Assembly: GCA_902584815.1 (NCBI GenBank)
Contig: CACIBF010000003.1
Span: forward strand, 4,500-68,499
Source: an uncultured Pelagibacteraceae bacterium
GTDB taxonomy: Bacteria > Pseudomonadota > Alphaproteobacteria > Pelagibacterales > AG-422-B15
Reading direction: 5' to 3'
Length of the DNA: 64,000 nt
Position numbers and translations under genes: made by a program. Shown here in pieces: positions 44,863-56,489 of this stretch. The stretch's first letter is position 1; each line of letters opens with the position of its first letter. Under the pieces are notes generated by a model that saw nothing but the letters and a program-made list of their open reading frames with translations, made no database searches and had not been told where the DNA came from.

Positions 44863-46191
44863 ATGTTTAAAAATATTTTATATTCTATATTTATTTTACT
44901 TTTAATCAGCCAAAAATCTTTTTCGTTAGAACTCATAAGAGATGCCGAGCTAGAATCTTTTACAAAAGATATTTTGTATAAATTAACAGTTGGAACAGAT
45001 ATTGATCCAAAAGAGGTAAAGATACATTTCATAAATAACAGAGATATCAATGCTTTCGTAATAAATAGCAAAGATATGTTTATTAATACCGGACTTATTA
45101 CTGCTTCTGATAATTATCTTGAATTAGTATCCGTTATTGCTCATGAGCTGTCTCATATGATAGGATTTCATGTTTCTCGTACTAAATCTGAAATAGCAAG
45201 GCTTTCTAAAAAAGCATTGCCTGTTTATATGCTTGGTATTTTTGGTGCTTTAGCTGGGTCAGCTGACACAGCAATAGCATCAATGATGGTTGGGACGGCA
45301 AGCGTTGAAGGAGGATATTTATCGTACAGTAGAACTCAGGAGTCATCAGCTGACCAAGGCGCAATAAGACTGATGTGTCAAAACTCGATCAACGCAAGAG
45401 GACTCATAAGTTTTTTTGAAAAATTAGAAAAATCTGAAAATTCCTTTATCAATTTTAGCCCTTACAATCAAACACACCCCATGACCAAAGAAAGATATGA
45501 ATTTGCCAAAAATTCTCTGGCTAAGTACAATGGATGCAACTATGAAAAAGATCTAATACTAGAAGAGAGGTTTAACTTATTAAAAGCAAAATTGATTGGA
45601 TATACATATCCTCCAAGAGAAGTAAAAGCTTTATATGATGAAACTAGTATTGAAGGGCGTTATGCCCTCTCTGTATCATCTCATTATAATGAATTTTCAG
45701 ATAAACCAATTGTCTTAATGAAGCAGTTAATAAATGAGGATACAGATAATCCATTTTTTTATGAACTATTGGCAGAAATCTTATTTACAAGAAACGATTT
45801 TAATGGCGCTATTGACAAACAAAAACTCTCTTTGAAATATTTTCAAGGGGAAAGTGATTTATTATACATGTTGATGGGCAACTATCTCAAACAAGATAAA
45901 AAATTTCGTAATGAAGCTATAAAGTATATCAAATCTTCTCTTAGAATTAATAATAGCAATACTTATTCGTGGTTTTTGCTTGCTGACTTATACTCTGAAT
46001 ATGATCTACCAAAAGCTCATTATGCTACAGCTGAACGGTACTTTTTACTTGGAGATTACCCTATGTCCTATAAATTCACAGTAAAAAGCCTAAAAGAGAT
46101 TGAAAAAAATACTCCTGAATGGTATCGAGCAAATGATTTATTGAATATAATGACAAGAAAAAAAGAAGAGAAAAAAGAATCAGAGTATTAG
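44863..46191 (+). CDS. M48-family Zn metalloprotease with a TPR-like C-terminal domain (BepA/YfgC-like)
   Basis: 442 aa. Signal peptide, HELSHM zinc motif, downstream E..AD, helical-repeat C-terminus. Confidence 0.75.
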   Translation: MFKNILYSIFILLLISQKSFSLELIRDAELESFTKDILYKLTVGTDIDPKEVKIHFINNRDINAFVINSKDMFINTGLITASDNYLELVSVIAHELSHMIGFHVSRTKSEIARLSKKALPVYMLGIFGALAGSADTAIASMMVGTASVEGGYLSYSRTQESSADQGAIRLMCQNSINARGLISFFEKLEKSENSFINFSPYNQTHPMTKERYEFAKNSLAKYNGCNYEKDLILEERFNLLKAKLIGYTYPPREVKALYDETSIEGRYALSVSSHYNEFSDKPIVLMKQLINEDTDNPFFYELLAEILFTRNDFNGAIDKQKLSLKYFQGESDLLYMLMGNYLKQDKKFRNEAIKYIKSSLRINNSNTYSWFLLADLYSEYDLPKAHYATAERYFLLGDYPMSYKFTVKSLKEIEKNTPEWYRANDLLNIMTRKKEEKKESEY

Positions 46192-46197
46192 AAAATA

Positions 46198-46635
46198 ATG
46201 AGTCAAAAAATTATAATAATAAATGGTCCAAACCTTAATTTGCTTGGAACAAGGGAACCTGAAATATATGGAAACGAAAGTCTTGAGGATTTAAGGTCTA
46301 TTGTCAATTCTCATATAGAAAAAAACTTTCCTGACCTGAGTGTAGATTTTTATCAGTCTAATACTGAAGGAGAAATTGTTAATAAAATACAAGAGTCAGC
46401 AGGCTTAGATGGCATTATTATTAACGCCGGAGGTTTATCTCACTCCTCAATTTCAATACTTGATGCTCTGCTCTCTACAAAAATACCAAAAATAGAAGTT
46501 CATATCTCTAATCTATTTTCTAGAGAAGAATTTCGACAAAATTCTTATGTAAGTAAAGGTGTAGATGGTTTCGTATGTGGCTTTGGTATCAATGGCTATT
46601 TACTTGCTATTGATGGGATCTCTAAATTAATATAG
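46198..46635 (+). CDS. aroQ: Type II 3-dehydroquinate dehydratase
   Basis: 145 aa. IIIINGPNLNLLGTREPEIYG, QSNTEGEIV, INAGGLSHSSI, EVHISN. Confidence 0.93.
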   Translation: MSQKIIIINGPNLNLLGTREPEIYGNESLEDLRSIVNSHIEKNFPDLSVDFYQSNTEGEIVNKIQESAGLDGIIINAGGLSHSSISILDALLSTKIPKIEVHISNLFSREEFRQNSYVSKGVDGFVCGFGINGYLLAIDGISKLI

Positions 46636-46646
46636 AACAGTGATAT

Positions 46647-47096
46647 ATGACATCAAAAAATAAGAAGACAATAGACAAAAAGCCAATTGAAGATCTTTCA
46701 TTATTACTTGATGAATTAAACTTAACAGAAATCTCTTATAAAGAAGGTGATTTTGCAATAAGCGTTTCTCGAGCCGTAAAGAGCGTTGTATCTAATTCAT
46801 CTTCTACTAATACAGTAGATACTCAGAATCAAGGTATCAATGAAGGTGACTACTCTTCAGATCCAAGAGCTATTAAATCACCGATGGTCGGCACCGTTTA
46901 CTTACAGCCTGAGCCAGGTGCAAATACATTTGTTAAAGAAGGCGATCAAGTTAAAAATGGTCAGACATTATTAATTATCGAAGCAATGAAGACCATGAAT
47001 CCGATTGAATCAACACTGCAAGGAAAACTATCAAAAATCTTAGTGGAAAACGAGCAGGCTGTTGAGTTTGGTCAACCTCTAATGCTTATAGATTAA
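46647..47096 (+). CDS. accB: Acetyl-CoA carboxylase biotin carboxyl carrier protein
   Basis: 149 aa. Biotinylation motif EAMKTMN and SPMVGT. Confidence 0.92.
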   Translation: MTSKNKKTIDKKPIEDLSLLLDELNLTEISYKEGDFAISVSRAVKSVVSNSSSTNTVDTQNQGINEGDYSSDPRAIKSPMVGTVYLQPEPGANTFVKEGDQVKNGQTLLIIEAMKTMNPIESTLQGKLSKILVENEQAVEFGQPLMLID

Positions 47097-48437
47097 ATGT
47101 TTGACAAAGTATTAATTGCTAATCGTGGAGAGATTGCAGTTAGAATAAATCGAGCATGTCAAGAACTTGGTATTTCTACTGTAGCAGTTCATAGTGAGGC
47201 AGATAAAGAGTCAATGCATGTGAGAATTGCAGATGAAAGTGTTTGTGTTGGTCCTAACCCAGTCAATAAAAGCTACCTTAATGCTCATTCAATAATATCA
47301 GCATGTGAAATAACTGGAGCTCAAGCTGTTCATCCAGGATATGGATTCTTATCTGAAAACGCTGGATTTGCAAAAACGCTTCAAGACCACAATTTAAGTT
47401 TTATTGGACCAAGCTATAAACATATTGAAATGATGGGAGATAAGATTCAAGCAAAGAAAATTATGATAGAATACGGAGTCCCTACAGTTCCAGGATCTGA
47501 GGATGTTGTTAAAGATGAAAGTCACGCAATAAAAATTTCAAATGAAATTTGTTTTCCTGTTTTATTAAAAGCTAGTGCTGGAGGCGGTGGACGAGGAATG
47601 AAGGTTGTTCATAATGAAAATGAACTTAAGGAAAGCTTGCCTATAATAAAACAAGAGGCATTATCTTTTTTTGGAAGTGATGCAGTGTATATAGAAAAAT
47701 TCATTGACTCTCCAAGACATATAGAAGTTCAAGTTATCTGTGACACTCACGGTAACTACTTACATTTGCATGAAAGAGACTGCTCAGTTCAAAGGAGAAA
47801 TCAAAAAGTAATTGAAGAAGCCCTTGCACCTCAAATAGATGAAACAGAAAAAAATAAACTTTTCGATATTTGTGTAAAAGCTATGAAAAAGATGAATTAC
47901 GTTGGATTAGGAACACTGGAATTTCTCTACGAAAAAGGAAATTTTTACTTCATGGAAATGAATACAAGGCTTCAAGTTGAGCACCCAATAACTGAAATGC
48001 TAACCCGAATTGACTTAGTAAGGGAACAAATTTGTGTTGCCGCTGGTGAAAAAATTATTTTTTCTCAAGAAAATGTTAAACCGCTTGGTCATTCAATTGA
48101 ATGTAGGATTAATGCAGAGAGTCCCAAGGATTTTAAGCCGTCTGCTGGATCTATAAAAATGTATCATCCGCCCGCAGGCAATGGAATACGACTAGATACA
48201 TTTATTTATTCTGGATACAAAGTCCCCCATTATTACGATAATTTACTCGCAAAGCTTATTGTTACAGGAAGAACAAGGAATCATGCAATTAAAAGGGCAT
48301 TGAGAGCGTTAAACGAAATGATCATTGATGGCATTGAAACAAATATTGAACTTCATAAAAAAATTCTTTCATCAAAAGATTTTAAAAATGGAGCAGTTTC
48401 TATTAAGTGGCTTGAAGATAATATGGCCTCTTTATAA
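47097..48437 (+). CDS. accC: Acetyl-CoA carboxylase biotin carboxylase subunit
   Basis: 446 aa. KVLIANRGEIAVRI, GYGFLSEN, KASAGGGGRGM, EMNTRLQVEHP. Confidence 0.95.
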   Translation: MFDKVLIANRGEIAVRINRACQELGISTVAVHSEADKESMHVRIADESVCVGPNPVNKSYLNAHSIISACEITGAQAVHPGYGFLSENAGFAKTLQDHNLSFIGPSYKHIEMMGDKIQAKKIMIEYGVPTVPGSEDVVKDESHAIKISNEICFPVLLKASAGGGGRGMKVVHNENELKESLPIIKQEALSFFGSDAVYIEKFIDSPRHIEVQVICDTHGNYLHLHERDCSVQRRNQKVIEEALAPQIDETEKNKLFDICVKAMKKMNYVGLGTLEFLYEKGNFYFMEMNTRLQVEHPITEMLTRIDLVREQICVAAGEKIIFSQENVKPLGHSIECRINAESPKDFKPSAGSIKMYHPPAGNGIRLDTFIYSGYKVPHYYDNLLAKLIVTGRTRNHAIKRALRALNEMIIDGIETNIELHKKILSSKDFKNGAVSIKWLEDNMASL

Positions 48438-48441
48438 ACTC

Positions 48442-48936
48442 TTATATGCAGTCATTTATCCAAATATCATAAAGAGGATGCTCTAACGACGATACTGATG
48501 GAAGCGTCTTAAGCATCCACCCTGCAAATAATTTATCGTTATTTTTTTTATCATATATATTTAGATATACTGAAACTTCTGGTCTTTCATTTGGATCATT
48601 AATCTTACAATAAATTGGATATACTCTTAACTCATCGTGAAAATAGTTTTCTTTCAAATGAAGCTTAGCTTGTATAACGTCAGCTGTTAATTTATTTAAT
48701 ATACTGATAATCACAAAGTCAACATCATCAGCCTCTAAAGATTCCTGCTTTGTATGACTCTCATCAATGATTATATTTAAATCTTCATCAAAAACCTCTT
48801 CATAAGATGGCGATATCTCATCTAAGTTTAAAAGCGGACTGATCTGAATTTCTTCTGAATTAACCGAGAGAGTTAAAAGAAAAAATACTAAAAGAAATAA
48901 AAAATTAAATTTAGTTACCTGGTTTCCACTTTTCAT
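48442..48936 (-). CDS. DUF2155-like exported protein
   Basis: 164 aa with a signal peptide. It sits directly downstream of the NDUFA12-like gene, a pairing I remember as conserved in alphaproteobacteria. Sequence-level recognition is weak. Confidence 0.45.
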   Translation of the reverse strand: MKSGNQVTKFNFLFLLVFFLLTLSVNSEEIQISPLLNLDEISPSYEEVFDEDLNIIIDESHTKQESLEADDVDFVIISILNKLTADVIQAKLHLKENYFHDELRVYPIYCKINDPNERPEVSVYLNIYDKKNNDKLFAGWMLKTLPSVSSLEHPLYDIWINDCI

Positions 48937-49282
48937 AGTCTAAATCTTTATCAGACTTCTTTCTGTTAAAAGGTGAGGATTTAGGTGAATATGCATTAAT
49001 AGTCCCTGTTTGATTTGGAGTATGATCTAACTGCCAATCATACTTATCATTTTCTTCTGATGGTACTTTATCAGATGTAAATCTTAACCAATTATTCCAC
49101 TCCGGTGTTACTTTAGAGGCATCAATTTCCCCATGGTACACAACCCATCTGCGGGAGTCATATTTGTTCGAATAGTAACGATTCTTGTATTGATCCTCGG
49201 CTACCAATCGACCATAAAAATATGTCCATAATCTGACACCTAAAGTCTGACCATGCCACCATGTAAAGATTTCTTTCAACAT
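48911..49282 (-). CDS. NDUFA12-family protein (NADH:ubiquinone oxidoreductase subunit 12-like)
   Basis: 123 aa. FTWWHGQTLG..GRLVAEDQYKNRYY..RRWVVYHG..DASKVTPEWNNWL is the NDUFA12 pattern. Confidence 0.8.
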   Translation of the reverse strand: MLKEIFTWWHGQTLGVRLWTYFYGRLVAEDQYKNRYYSNKYDSRRWVVYHGEIDASKVTPEWNNWLRFTSDKVPSEENDKYDWQLDHTPNQTGTINAYSPKSSPFNRKKSDKDLDYEKWKPGN

Positions 49283-49583
49283 TGATAAGTTTGTTTAATT
49301 TGAATACACAGTTTTTTCAACAATTTTACAATTATAACTGTCTTATAAATCACTGAATTTATTGAATTTATCAAAATTAACCACATATTAAGACACACCA
49401 TCTTGTATATCAATATATTTTTTATACTACATATTGACTTCATAATTCAAATACTAAATATTAAGACATCTAGAAAGAACTTAATAAATTTCTGGCACTA
49501 CCGGTCGAAGGTCATCTACTTGCGAGTTAAAATCCTGTGATCAGTTTGATGTTATTTTGATAATATATACAGAAAGAAGATAA

Positions 49584-52500
49584 ATGAAAATACAAAGACA
49601 TTTTACTGAAGATAATCAATCCCCTTACAGCGGAATAAATTTTAAAAAAGTAACTAGTGAAATTAAAAATCCTGATGGATCGCTGGTATTTAAATTAGAA
49701 GATTTAGAAGTTCCTGAATCTTGGAGTCAGGTAGCAAGTGACATAATTGCTCAGAAATATTTTAGAAAAGCCGGCGTACCGAATAAGTTAAAAAGAAAAA
49801 ATGAAAAATATGTGCCTTCATGGTTATCGCCGAGAGAGGCTGATGAAGAGGCTGAAGACCTGTCTTACTCTTCTGAAAAAACCTCTCAACAAGTTTTCGA
49901 CCGTCTTGCTGGGGCGTGGACATACTGGGGCTGGAAAGGAAATTATTTTTCAAGCGAGGATGATGCGAAATCATTTTTTGATGAAGTAAGATTCATGCTT
50001 GCCAATCAAATGATTGCACCAAATAGCCCTCAATGGTTCAACACTGGATTAAACTGGGCCTATGGAATAGATGGTCCATCACAAGGTCACTTTTATGTGG
50101 ATAATGATACTGGAAAACTGACTCGATCAAATAGTTCATATGAAAGACCTCAGCCACACGCATGTTTCATTCAAAGCATTGATGACGACTTGGTTAATGA
50201 TGGTGGCATAATGGATCTTTGGGTTCGTGAAGCAAGGCTTTTTAAATATGGTTCAGGAACTGGAACAAACTTCTCAAACTTAAGAGGATCTAGCGAAGGA
50301 TTATCAGGTGGTGGTAGATCATCTGGTCTAATGAGTTTCTTAAAAATAGGCGATCGTGCTGCAGGTGCAATTAAATCTGGAGGAACGACAAGAAGAGCTG
50401 CCAAAATGGTAGTAGTAGATATTGATCACCCTGATATTGAAGAGTTTATTAAATGGAAAGTGACTGAAGAGCAAAAAGTCGCAGCTTTGGTAACAGGTTC
50501 AAAAATTTGCTCTTCCCACCTGAAAAAAATTATGTCTGCTTGTCATAACTGTGAAGCTGATGGAGAAAGTTGTTTTGATCCAAAGATGAATCCTGCCTTG
50601 AAAAGGGAGATCTTAGCAGCAAAAAATAATCAAGTTCCAGATAATTATATCCAAAGAATTATACATTTTGCCAAACAAGGATATAGAAGCATTGAATTTG
50701 AAACCTATAACACTGACTGGGACTCTGAGGCATATGTTACAGTTTCAGGACAAAACTCGAATAATTCAATAAGGGTAACAGATGATTTTATTCATGCTGT
50801 TCAGGATGACAAAGAATGGAACTTAATTAATAGAACTGACGGATCAGTTAATAAAACAATTAAAGCTAGAGACCTTTGGGATCAGGTTGGCTATTCAGCT
50901 TGGGCTTGTGCAGATCCTGGCATTCAATTTCATACAACAATTAACGATTGGCACACATGTCCTGAAAGTGGTGAAATTAAAGCTTCAAATCCATGTTCTG
51001 AATATATGTTTTTGGACAACACAGCTTGCAATCTTGCGTCCTTGAATCTTATGACTTTCATGAATGAAAATAAATCACTAGACACTGACGCTTTTAAGCA
51101 TGCCGTAAGATTATGGACATTGATTCTAGAGATATCAGTTATGATGGCTCAATTTCCATCAAAAGAAATTGCGAAACTATCATATGAATATAGAACTCTG
51201 GGTCTTGGTTATGCAAATTTAGGTGGTTTTTTAATGTCAAAAGGTGTTCCTTATGACAGTGACGAAGGTCGTTCGATTTGTGGAGCGATAACAGCTCTGA
51301 TGACTGGAATGTCTTATGCAACTTCAGCTGAAATAGCTTCTGAACTTGGCCCTTTTCCAGGATACCAACAAAACTCAAAAAATATGCTTAGAGTAATCAG
51401 AAATCATCGTCGTGCCGCATATGGACATGAAGACGGCTACGAGGAACTGAATATTAACCCTGTTCCACTTATTGTTGAAAATATTAGAGACACCAACCTT
51501 GGAATAGAAGCTCAGAAAGCGTGGGATTTAGCTTATCAAGAGGGCCAAAAGCATGGATATAGAAATGCTCAAACAACAGTAATTGCACCAACTGGTACCA
51601 TTGGATTAGTCATGGATTGTGATACGACTGGAATTGAACCTGATTTTGCAATGGTTAAATTTAAAAAACTTGCCGGCGGTGGATACTTTAAAATTATTAA
51701 TCAAACTGTACCTAAAGCTCTAAGCGAACTACAATATACAAACGATGAAGTGAGTGATATTATCAATTACGCTGTCGGGCACGGTACTTTAAAAGATGCT
51801 CCAGGTGTCAACCATGAGTCACTAAAGGAAAAAGGTTTCACAGATGAGATCCTGGATGCTTTAGAAACAAATTTAGAAAGCGCATTTGATATTAAATTTG
51901 CATTTAATGAATTTACTATTGGAAGAGAGTTCTGTCTCAATAGTCTTGGTGTCTCCGAAGAACAACTAAGTGACTTTAGTTTCAATATGCTCGGATTTCT
52001 TGGATTTAGTCCTGACGAAATTGAAGAAGCTAACACCTATTGTTGTGGAACAATGACTCTTGAACAATCACCTCATTTAAAAGATGAGCACTTGAGTGTT
52101 TTTGATTGTGCGAATCCTTGTGGACGTATTGGAAAAAGAGCTCTTTCTGTTGAAAGTCACATAAGAATGATGGCTGCAGCTCAACCTTTTATTTCAGGAG
52201 CAATCTCTAAAACAATAAATATGCCAAATGACGCTGATGTAGAAGAGTGTAATGAAGCTTATCTGTTATCGTGGAAACTTGGAACTAAAGCAAACGCTCT
52301 GTACAGAGATGGTTCTAAACTTAGCCAACCACTTGCATCAAAACTTGTCGATGAAGATGATGCGCCAAGCGAAGAGTCTCTAATTGAACCAGAAAACCTG
52401 ATTGAAAAAACAATTAATATTGCTCAAGAAGCCGCTAACTCAATTGTCCATGGTTCAAGAAATAAAGTGCCTGATAGAAGAAAAGGATACATACAAAAAG

Positions 52501-53192
52501 CAATTGTTGGTGGACATAAGGTATATTTACATACCGGTGAATATGAAGATGGGTCTTTGGGTGAAATATTTATAGATATGCATAAAGAAGGGGCCTTCTT
52601 GAGAAGTCTTATGAATAACTTTGCTATAGCTATATCTATAGGGCTACAGTATGGAGTTCCATTAGAAGAGTATGTTGAGGCTTATACATTCACTAGATTT
52701 GATCCAGCAGGTGTTGTTCAAGGCAACAATAGAATTAAAAATGCAACATCGATTCTAGATTATGTCTTTAGAGAACTTGCTGTTTCATACTTAGGTAGAA
52801 ATGATTTAGCCCATGCTGATGATACAGATGTAGACTTTGCTCTAGGGACAGGCGCTGACGAAGGCACACTTAAGAATAATGAGATACCTTGGAAATTAGT
52901 GAAAAAAATGTCTAGCCAGGGTTTTTTAAGAGGAAAAGGATCTGATAATCTAATGGTTGTAAACTCTTCTGAAACTTACTCTGCAGAAAATAGTCACGTT
53001 TCTGATCAGTCTCAGGTTTCTGAAGCTGTTATTAGCACAACAAGTACAGATGAAAGAATGAATCAGATTAAGAATGCTAGAATGATGGGTTACGAAGGAG
53101 ACTCATGTCCTGAGTGTGGCTCATTTACTTTAGTTAGAAATGGAACATGCCTTAAATGTGATACCTGTGGAGCGACAACCGGCTGCTCTTAA
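49584..53192 (+). CDS. nrdJ: Adenosylcobalamin-dependent ribonucleotide reductase, class II (long alphaproteobacterial form)
   Basis: 1202 aa. [39 protein letters not shown] (active-site Cys), ISKTINMP. C-terminal Cys-rich zinc-ribbon tail [28 protein letters not shown]. Confidence 0.92.
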   Translation: MKIQRHFTEDNQSPYSGINFKKVTSEIKNPDGSLVFKLEDLEVPESWSQVASDIIAQKYFRKAGVPNKLKRKNEKYVPSWLSPREADEEAEDLSYSSEKTSQQVFDRLAGAWTYWGWKGNYFSSEDDAKSFFDEVRFMLANQMIAPNSPQWFNTGLNWAYGIDGPSQGHFYVDNDTGKLTRSNSSYERPQPHACFIQSIDDDLVNDGGIMDLWVREARLFKYGSGTGTNFSNLRGSSEGLSGGGRSSGLMSFLKIGDRAAGAIKSGGTTRRAAKMVVVDIDHPDIEEFIKWKVTEEQKVAALVTGSKICSSHLKKIMSACHNCEADGESCFDPKMNPALKREILAAKNNQVPDNYIQRIIHFAKQGYRSIEFETYNTDWDSEAYVTVSGQNSNNSIRVTDDFIHAVQDDKEWNLINRTDGSVNKTIKARDLWDQVGYSAWACADPGIQFHTTINDWHTCPESGEIKASNPCSEYMFLDNTACNLASLNLMTFMNENKSLDTDAFKHAVRLWTLILEISVMMAQFPSKEIAKLSYEYRTLGLGYANLGGFLMSKGVPYDSDEGRSICGAITALMTGMSYATSAEIASELGPFPGYQQNSKNMLRVIRNHRRAAYGHEDGYEELNINPVPLIVENIRDTNLGIEAQKAWDLAYQEGQKHGYRNAQTTVIAPTGTIGLVMDCDTTGIEPDFAMVKFKKLAGGGYFKIINQTVPKALSELQYTNDEVSDIINYAVGHGTLKDAPGVNHESLKEKGFTDEILDALETNLESAFDIKFAFNEFTIGREFCLNSLGVSEEQLSDFSFNMLGFLGFSPDEIEEANTYCCGTMTLEQSPHLKDEHLSVFDCANPCGRIGKRALSVESHIRMMAAAQPFISGAISKTINMPNDADVEECNEAYLLSWKLGTKANALYRDGSKLSQPLASKLVDEDDAPSEESLIEPENLIEKTINIAQEAANSIVHGSRNKVPDRRKGYIQKAIVGGHKVYLHTGEYEDGSLGEIFIDMHKEGAFLRSLMNNFAIAISIGLQYGVPLEEYVEAYTFTRFDPAGVVQGNNRIKNATSILDYVFRELAVSYLGRNDLAHADDTDVDFALGTGADEGTLKNNEIPWKLVKKMSSQGFLRGKGSDNLMVVNSSETYSAENSHVSDQSQVSEAVISTTSTDERMNQIKNARMMGYEGDSCPECGSFTLVRNGTCLKCDTCGATTGCS

Positions 53193-54985
53193 TCTTCTTT
53201 AATATTTTTTATTAAAGATAGTTCATTTAAAGCTGTTTCAGAAATATCTGCAGGCGCATTCATCATTAAATCTTGCGCTTGCTGATTCATTGGGAACAGT
53301 ATTACTTCCCTAATATTCTTAACACCTGCGAGCAGCATAACAATTCTATCTATTCCTGGCGCAATACCCCCATGCGGTGGAACCCCATATGAAAATGCGT
53401 TAACCATACCACCAAATTTTTCCATGACTTCCTCTTTTTTATAGCCAGCTATTTCAAACGCCTTAAACATAATCTCAGGTACATGATTTCGAATAGCGCC
53501 TGACGACAATTCAACACCATTACAAACAATGTCATACTGAAAACCTAATATTTCTAATGGATCTTTTTCTTCTAGAGCTTTAAGTCCTCCTTGAGGCATA
53601 GAAAAAGGATTGTGACTGAAATCTAATTTATTTGTATCTTCATTAATTTCATACATTGGAAAATCAACAATCCAACAAAATTTAAAAGTGTTGCTTTCAA
53701 TTAAATTTAGTTGTTCGCCTATTTGGTCTCTAGCTGCTGATGCAAGTTTATAAGCCTCTTTCTCATGTGAACAGGAAAAGAATATTGCATCGCCGTCCTT
53801 AATATCACATTTTTTTGACATTAACTCTAAGACTCTTGGTGGAATAAATTTTGCTATAGGCCCCTTTCCTTCTAATGTTCCATTGTTATTAATAAATGTA
53901 ATATAACCGAGTCCTGCTGCTCCCATTTCTTTTCTAGCCCAGTTATTTAAATTATCAAAGAAACTCCTTGGTTTATTTTTTACATTTGGAGCAGGTATAG
54001 CAATAACCCTGCCTCCTTTTGTTATAATTTTTTTAAATGCATCAAAGGATACTTCATCATCTAAAAATTCATTTGTTAAATCTGACAAAATAATTGGATT
54101 TCTTAAATCCGGCTTATCTGTTCCATATTTACTAATTGCATCTTTATACGTCAGCTTTGGAAAAGGGAGTTTAGTAACATCGAAATTTGAAAATTTCGTA
54201 AAAACATCATACATAACAGGTTCTATTGCAGAAAATACATCATCTTGTTCGACAAAAGACATTTCCATGTCTAACTGATAAAACTCACCAGGACTCCTAT
54301 CGGCTCTAGCATCTTCATCTCTAAAACAAGGGGCAATTTGAAAATATTTATCAAATCCACCTGCCATAATTAATTGCTTAAATTGTTGCGGTGCCTGTGG
54401 AAGAGCATAAAATTTACCTGGATGAAGTCGACTAGGTACAAGATAATCTCTTGCACCCTCTGGACTTGAAGCTGTTAAAATTGGAGTTTGCATTTCAAGA
54501 AAGCCAGATTCAGTCATTAGTTTTCTGATTAAAGAAATAATTTCTGATCTTAAAATCAAGTTTTTATGGAGCTCATTTCTTCTTATATCTAAAAATCTAT
54601 ATTTTAACCTTATATCTTCTGGATACTCTTGGTCGCCAAAAACTGGCATGGGCAACTCATTTGCACTCGATAAGATTTGTATATTCTCAATTACAACCTC
54701 AATTTTACCAGTCTCAAGATTTTCATTTATGGTTTCATTATCTCTTAACACAACATTTCCAGATATAGAAATAACTGTTTCGCTTTTAAGTTTTTCCGCA
54801 ATAAGTAGTAATTCTTCATTACTTTTATCAATAACGCATTGGGTTATTCCATAATGATCTCTTAGATCAATAAACAGAAGATTTCCATGATCTCTTTTTC
54901 TATGAACCCAGCCTGAAATTAATACAGATGAACCAGAGTCATCTTCATTAAGCTGATTACATAAATGAGATCTATATTTATTCAT
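53189..54985 (-). CDS. aspS: Aspartate--tRNA ligase
   Basis: 598 aa. OB-fold N-terminus [19 protein letters not shown], motif 2 [15 protein letters not shown], motif 3 [13 protein letters not shown]. Confidence 0.95.
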   Translation of the reverse strand: MNKYRSHLCNQLNEDDSGSSVLISGWVHRKRDHGNLLFIDLRDHYGITQCVIDKSNEELLLIAEKLKSETVISISGNVVLRDNETINENLETGKIEVVIENIQILSSANELPMPVFGDQEYPEDIRLKYRFLDIRRNELHKNLILRSEIISLIRKLMTESGFLEMQTPILTASSPEGARDYLVPSRLHPGKFYALPQAPQQFKQLIMAGGFDKYFQIAPCFRDEDARADRSPGEFYQLDMEMSFVEQDDVFSAIEPVMYDVFTKFSNFDVTKLPFPKLTYKDAISKYGTDKPDLRNPIILSDLTNEFLDDEVSFDAFKKIITKGGRVIAIPAPNVKNKPRSFFDNLNNWARKEMGAAGLGYITFINNNGTLEGKGPIAKFIPPRVLELMSKKCDIKDGDAIFFSCSHEKEAYKLASAARDQIGEQLNLIESNTFKFCWIVDFPMYEINEDTNKLDFSHNPFSMPQGGLKALEEKDPLEILGFQYDIVCNGVELSSGAIRNHVPEIMFKAFEIAGYKKEEVMEKFGGMVNAFSYGVPPHGGIAPGIDRIVMLLAGVKNIREVILFPMNQQAQDLMMNAPADISETALNELSLIKNIKED

Positions 54986-55018
54986 GATAATAATTTAAGT
55001 TCATATATAGTAGGATTT

Positions 55019-55861
55019 ATGGAAATAGTCCAAGATAATAAATCTTACGAAAGAGCCTGTAAATTAATAAAAAAACAAAAAATAGTATATTTAGATACAG
55101 AATTTCTTAGAGATAAAACGTATTGGCCTCTGCTCTGCATACTCCAAATTAAAACTGCAAGAAAAACATTCATTTTTGATTTCTTAAAAAAAGAGAATTT
55201 TGATTTATTAAAATTAAAAGAGATATTTGAAAATAAAGATATTCTTAAAGTGATCCATTCATGTAAACAAGATTTGGAAGTTATTTTTTTAAACTTTAAT
55301 AGTATTATTTTTCCAATTTTTGATACACAAATTGCTTATTCATTAGTTGGAGGCGAAGAAAATATTGGCTATACATCTCTCGTAAAGAAAATTACAAAAA
55401 AAAAATTAAGCAAAAGACATCAAGTATCTGACTGGAGTCAAAGACCTCTCTCAAGCAAACAATTACAATATGCGGTAAATGATGTCAGATACTTATCAAA
55501 AATATACAAAATTTTATCTAACGAGCTTTCAATAAAAAAAAAGAAAAAAAAATTTAGTGAAGAGATTAAAAAATTAGACTCAATTAAAGATATATATAAA
55601 ATTGAAAATGCATGGAAAAAAATAAGAATTAATAAAAGAAAAAGTGTTGATCTAAATTTACTTAAAACATTTGCAAAATGGCGAGAAAAGAAAGCTCAAT
55701 CACTGAATCTTCCTCGAAATTGGATTGTTTCAGATAAAATTTTGATAAAAGCTGCAAAAAAAATTAAAACCTCAGAATTAAAAGAGAATTCAAAAAATAA
55801 GAAATTAAATTCTTATCTAAAGGATTTTATTTTTCTATTAGAAGCTAAAAAATTTGTTTAA
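55019..55861 (+). CDS. rnd: Ribonuclease D (short DEDD exonuclease + HRDC)
   Basis: The track start 54965 overlaps aspS, so the Met at 55019 (MEIVQDNKSYE) is preferred. Exo motifs VYLDTEF, KVIHSCKQDLEVI, YAVNDVRYL. HRDC-like FAKWREKKAQSLNLPRNWI. Confidence 0.8.
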   Translation: MEIVQDNKSYERACKLIKKQKIVYLDTEFLRDKTYWPLLCILQIKTARKTFIFDFLKKENFDLLKLKEIFENKDILKVIHSCKQDLEVIFLNFNSIIFPIFDTQIAYSLVGGEENIGYTSLVKKITKKKLSKRHQVSDWSQRPLSSKQLQYAVNDVRYLSKIYKILSNELSIKKKKKKFSEEIKKLDSIKDIYKIENAWKKIRINKRKSVDLNLLKTFAKWREKKAQSLNLPRNWIVSDKILIKAAKKIKTSELKENSKNKKLNSYLKDFIFLLEAKKFV

Positions 55862-56488
55862 AAATGGTATTGATATTTTTGACTTATGCTTAATAGATAG
55901 ATCATTTAATTTATTAAGAAAAATTTGGATTTCATTAAAATTTCTACTAATTCTATTTAGAATAAAATTAATTACATCTGGGGTGACTATTATTTGATTA
56001 TCATGAAAAAACTTTAATACAATTGCATGAATTAATTTATCATCCGGATTGTTTAATTTAGCAGAGTTTAAGGCATCTATTCTTGACTTTAAGTCCTTTA
56101 ATTTAACTGAAAAATTATCATTATTGATTAGAATTAAGATAAACTTTTTGTTCTTGATGATGTCATTATAAATTTGAAAAAAATATTTTTCATTCTTCTC
56201 AGAAATACAGTCAAAATTATCAAAAATACAGTGATCATTTATACTGATTGTATTAATATCAAAATTAGATTTAAAATCATATAAATTAGCATTGGCCATT
56301 GACTTCCATATATGCGCAATATGAGTCTTTCCAGATTTTGCAGGGCCAAATATAACTATCCCATTATTATGCCATTCAGGGAAAATTTTAATTAGTTTTG
56401 CGGCATTATTGTTTGAGGAACTTACAAAATAATCCTGAGGATTATAATTTTCTGATGTTGGTAAATCAAATATAAGCTGGCCTGTCAT
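55838..56488 (-). CDS. hdaA: DnaA regulatory inactivator HdaA-like protein
   Basis: 216 aa. QLIFDLP start, Walker A FGPAKSGKTHIAHIW, DnaA-domain-III-like remainder. Confidence 0.7.
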   Translation of the reverse strand: MTGQLIFDLPTSENYNPQDYFVSSSNNNAAKLIKIFPEWHNNGIVIFGPAKSGKTHIAHIWKSMANANLYDFKSNFDINTISINDHCIFDNFDCISEKNEKYFFQIYNDIIKNKKFILILINNDNFSVKLKDLKSRIDALNSAKLNNPDDKLIHAIVLKFFHDNQIIVTPDVINFILNRISRNFNEIQIFLNKLNDLSIKHKSKISIPFLNKFFSF

Positions 56489-56489
56489 T

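Noticed and set aside
49283-49583. A possible cobalamin riboswitch upstream of the B12-dependent nrdJ.
   Set aside because: I could not find a B12-box-like element, and the GC-containing part (about 55 nt) is far too short for the 180-200-nt or longer cobalamin aptamer. B12 riboswitches typically repress B12-independent isozymes or transporters, not nrdJ.
49584-53192. A possible intein or mobile insertion explaining the 1202-aa length of NrdJ.
   Set aside because: No intein splice-junction blocks or homing-endonuclease motifs (LAGLIDADG/HNH) are visible. About 1200 aa is the normal length of alphaproteobacterial-type NrdJ.
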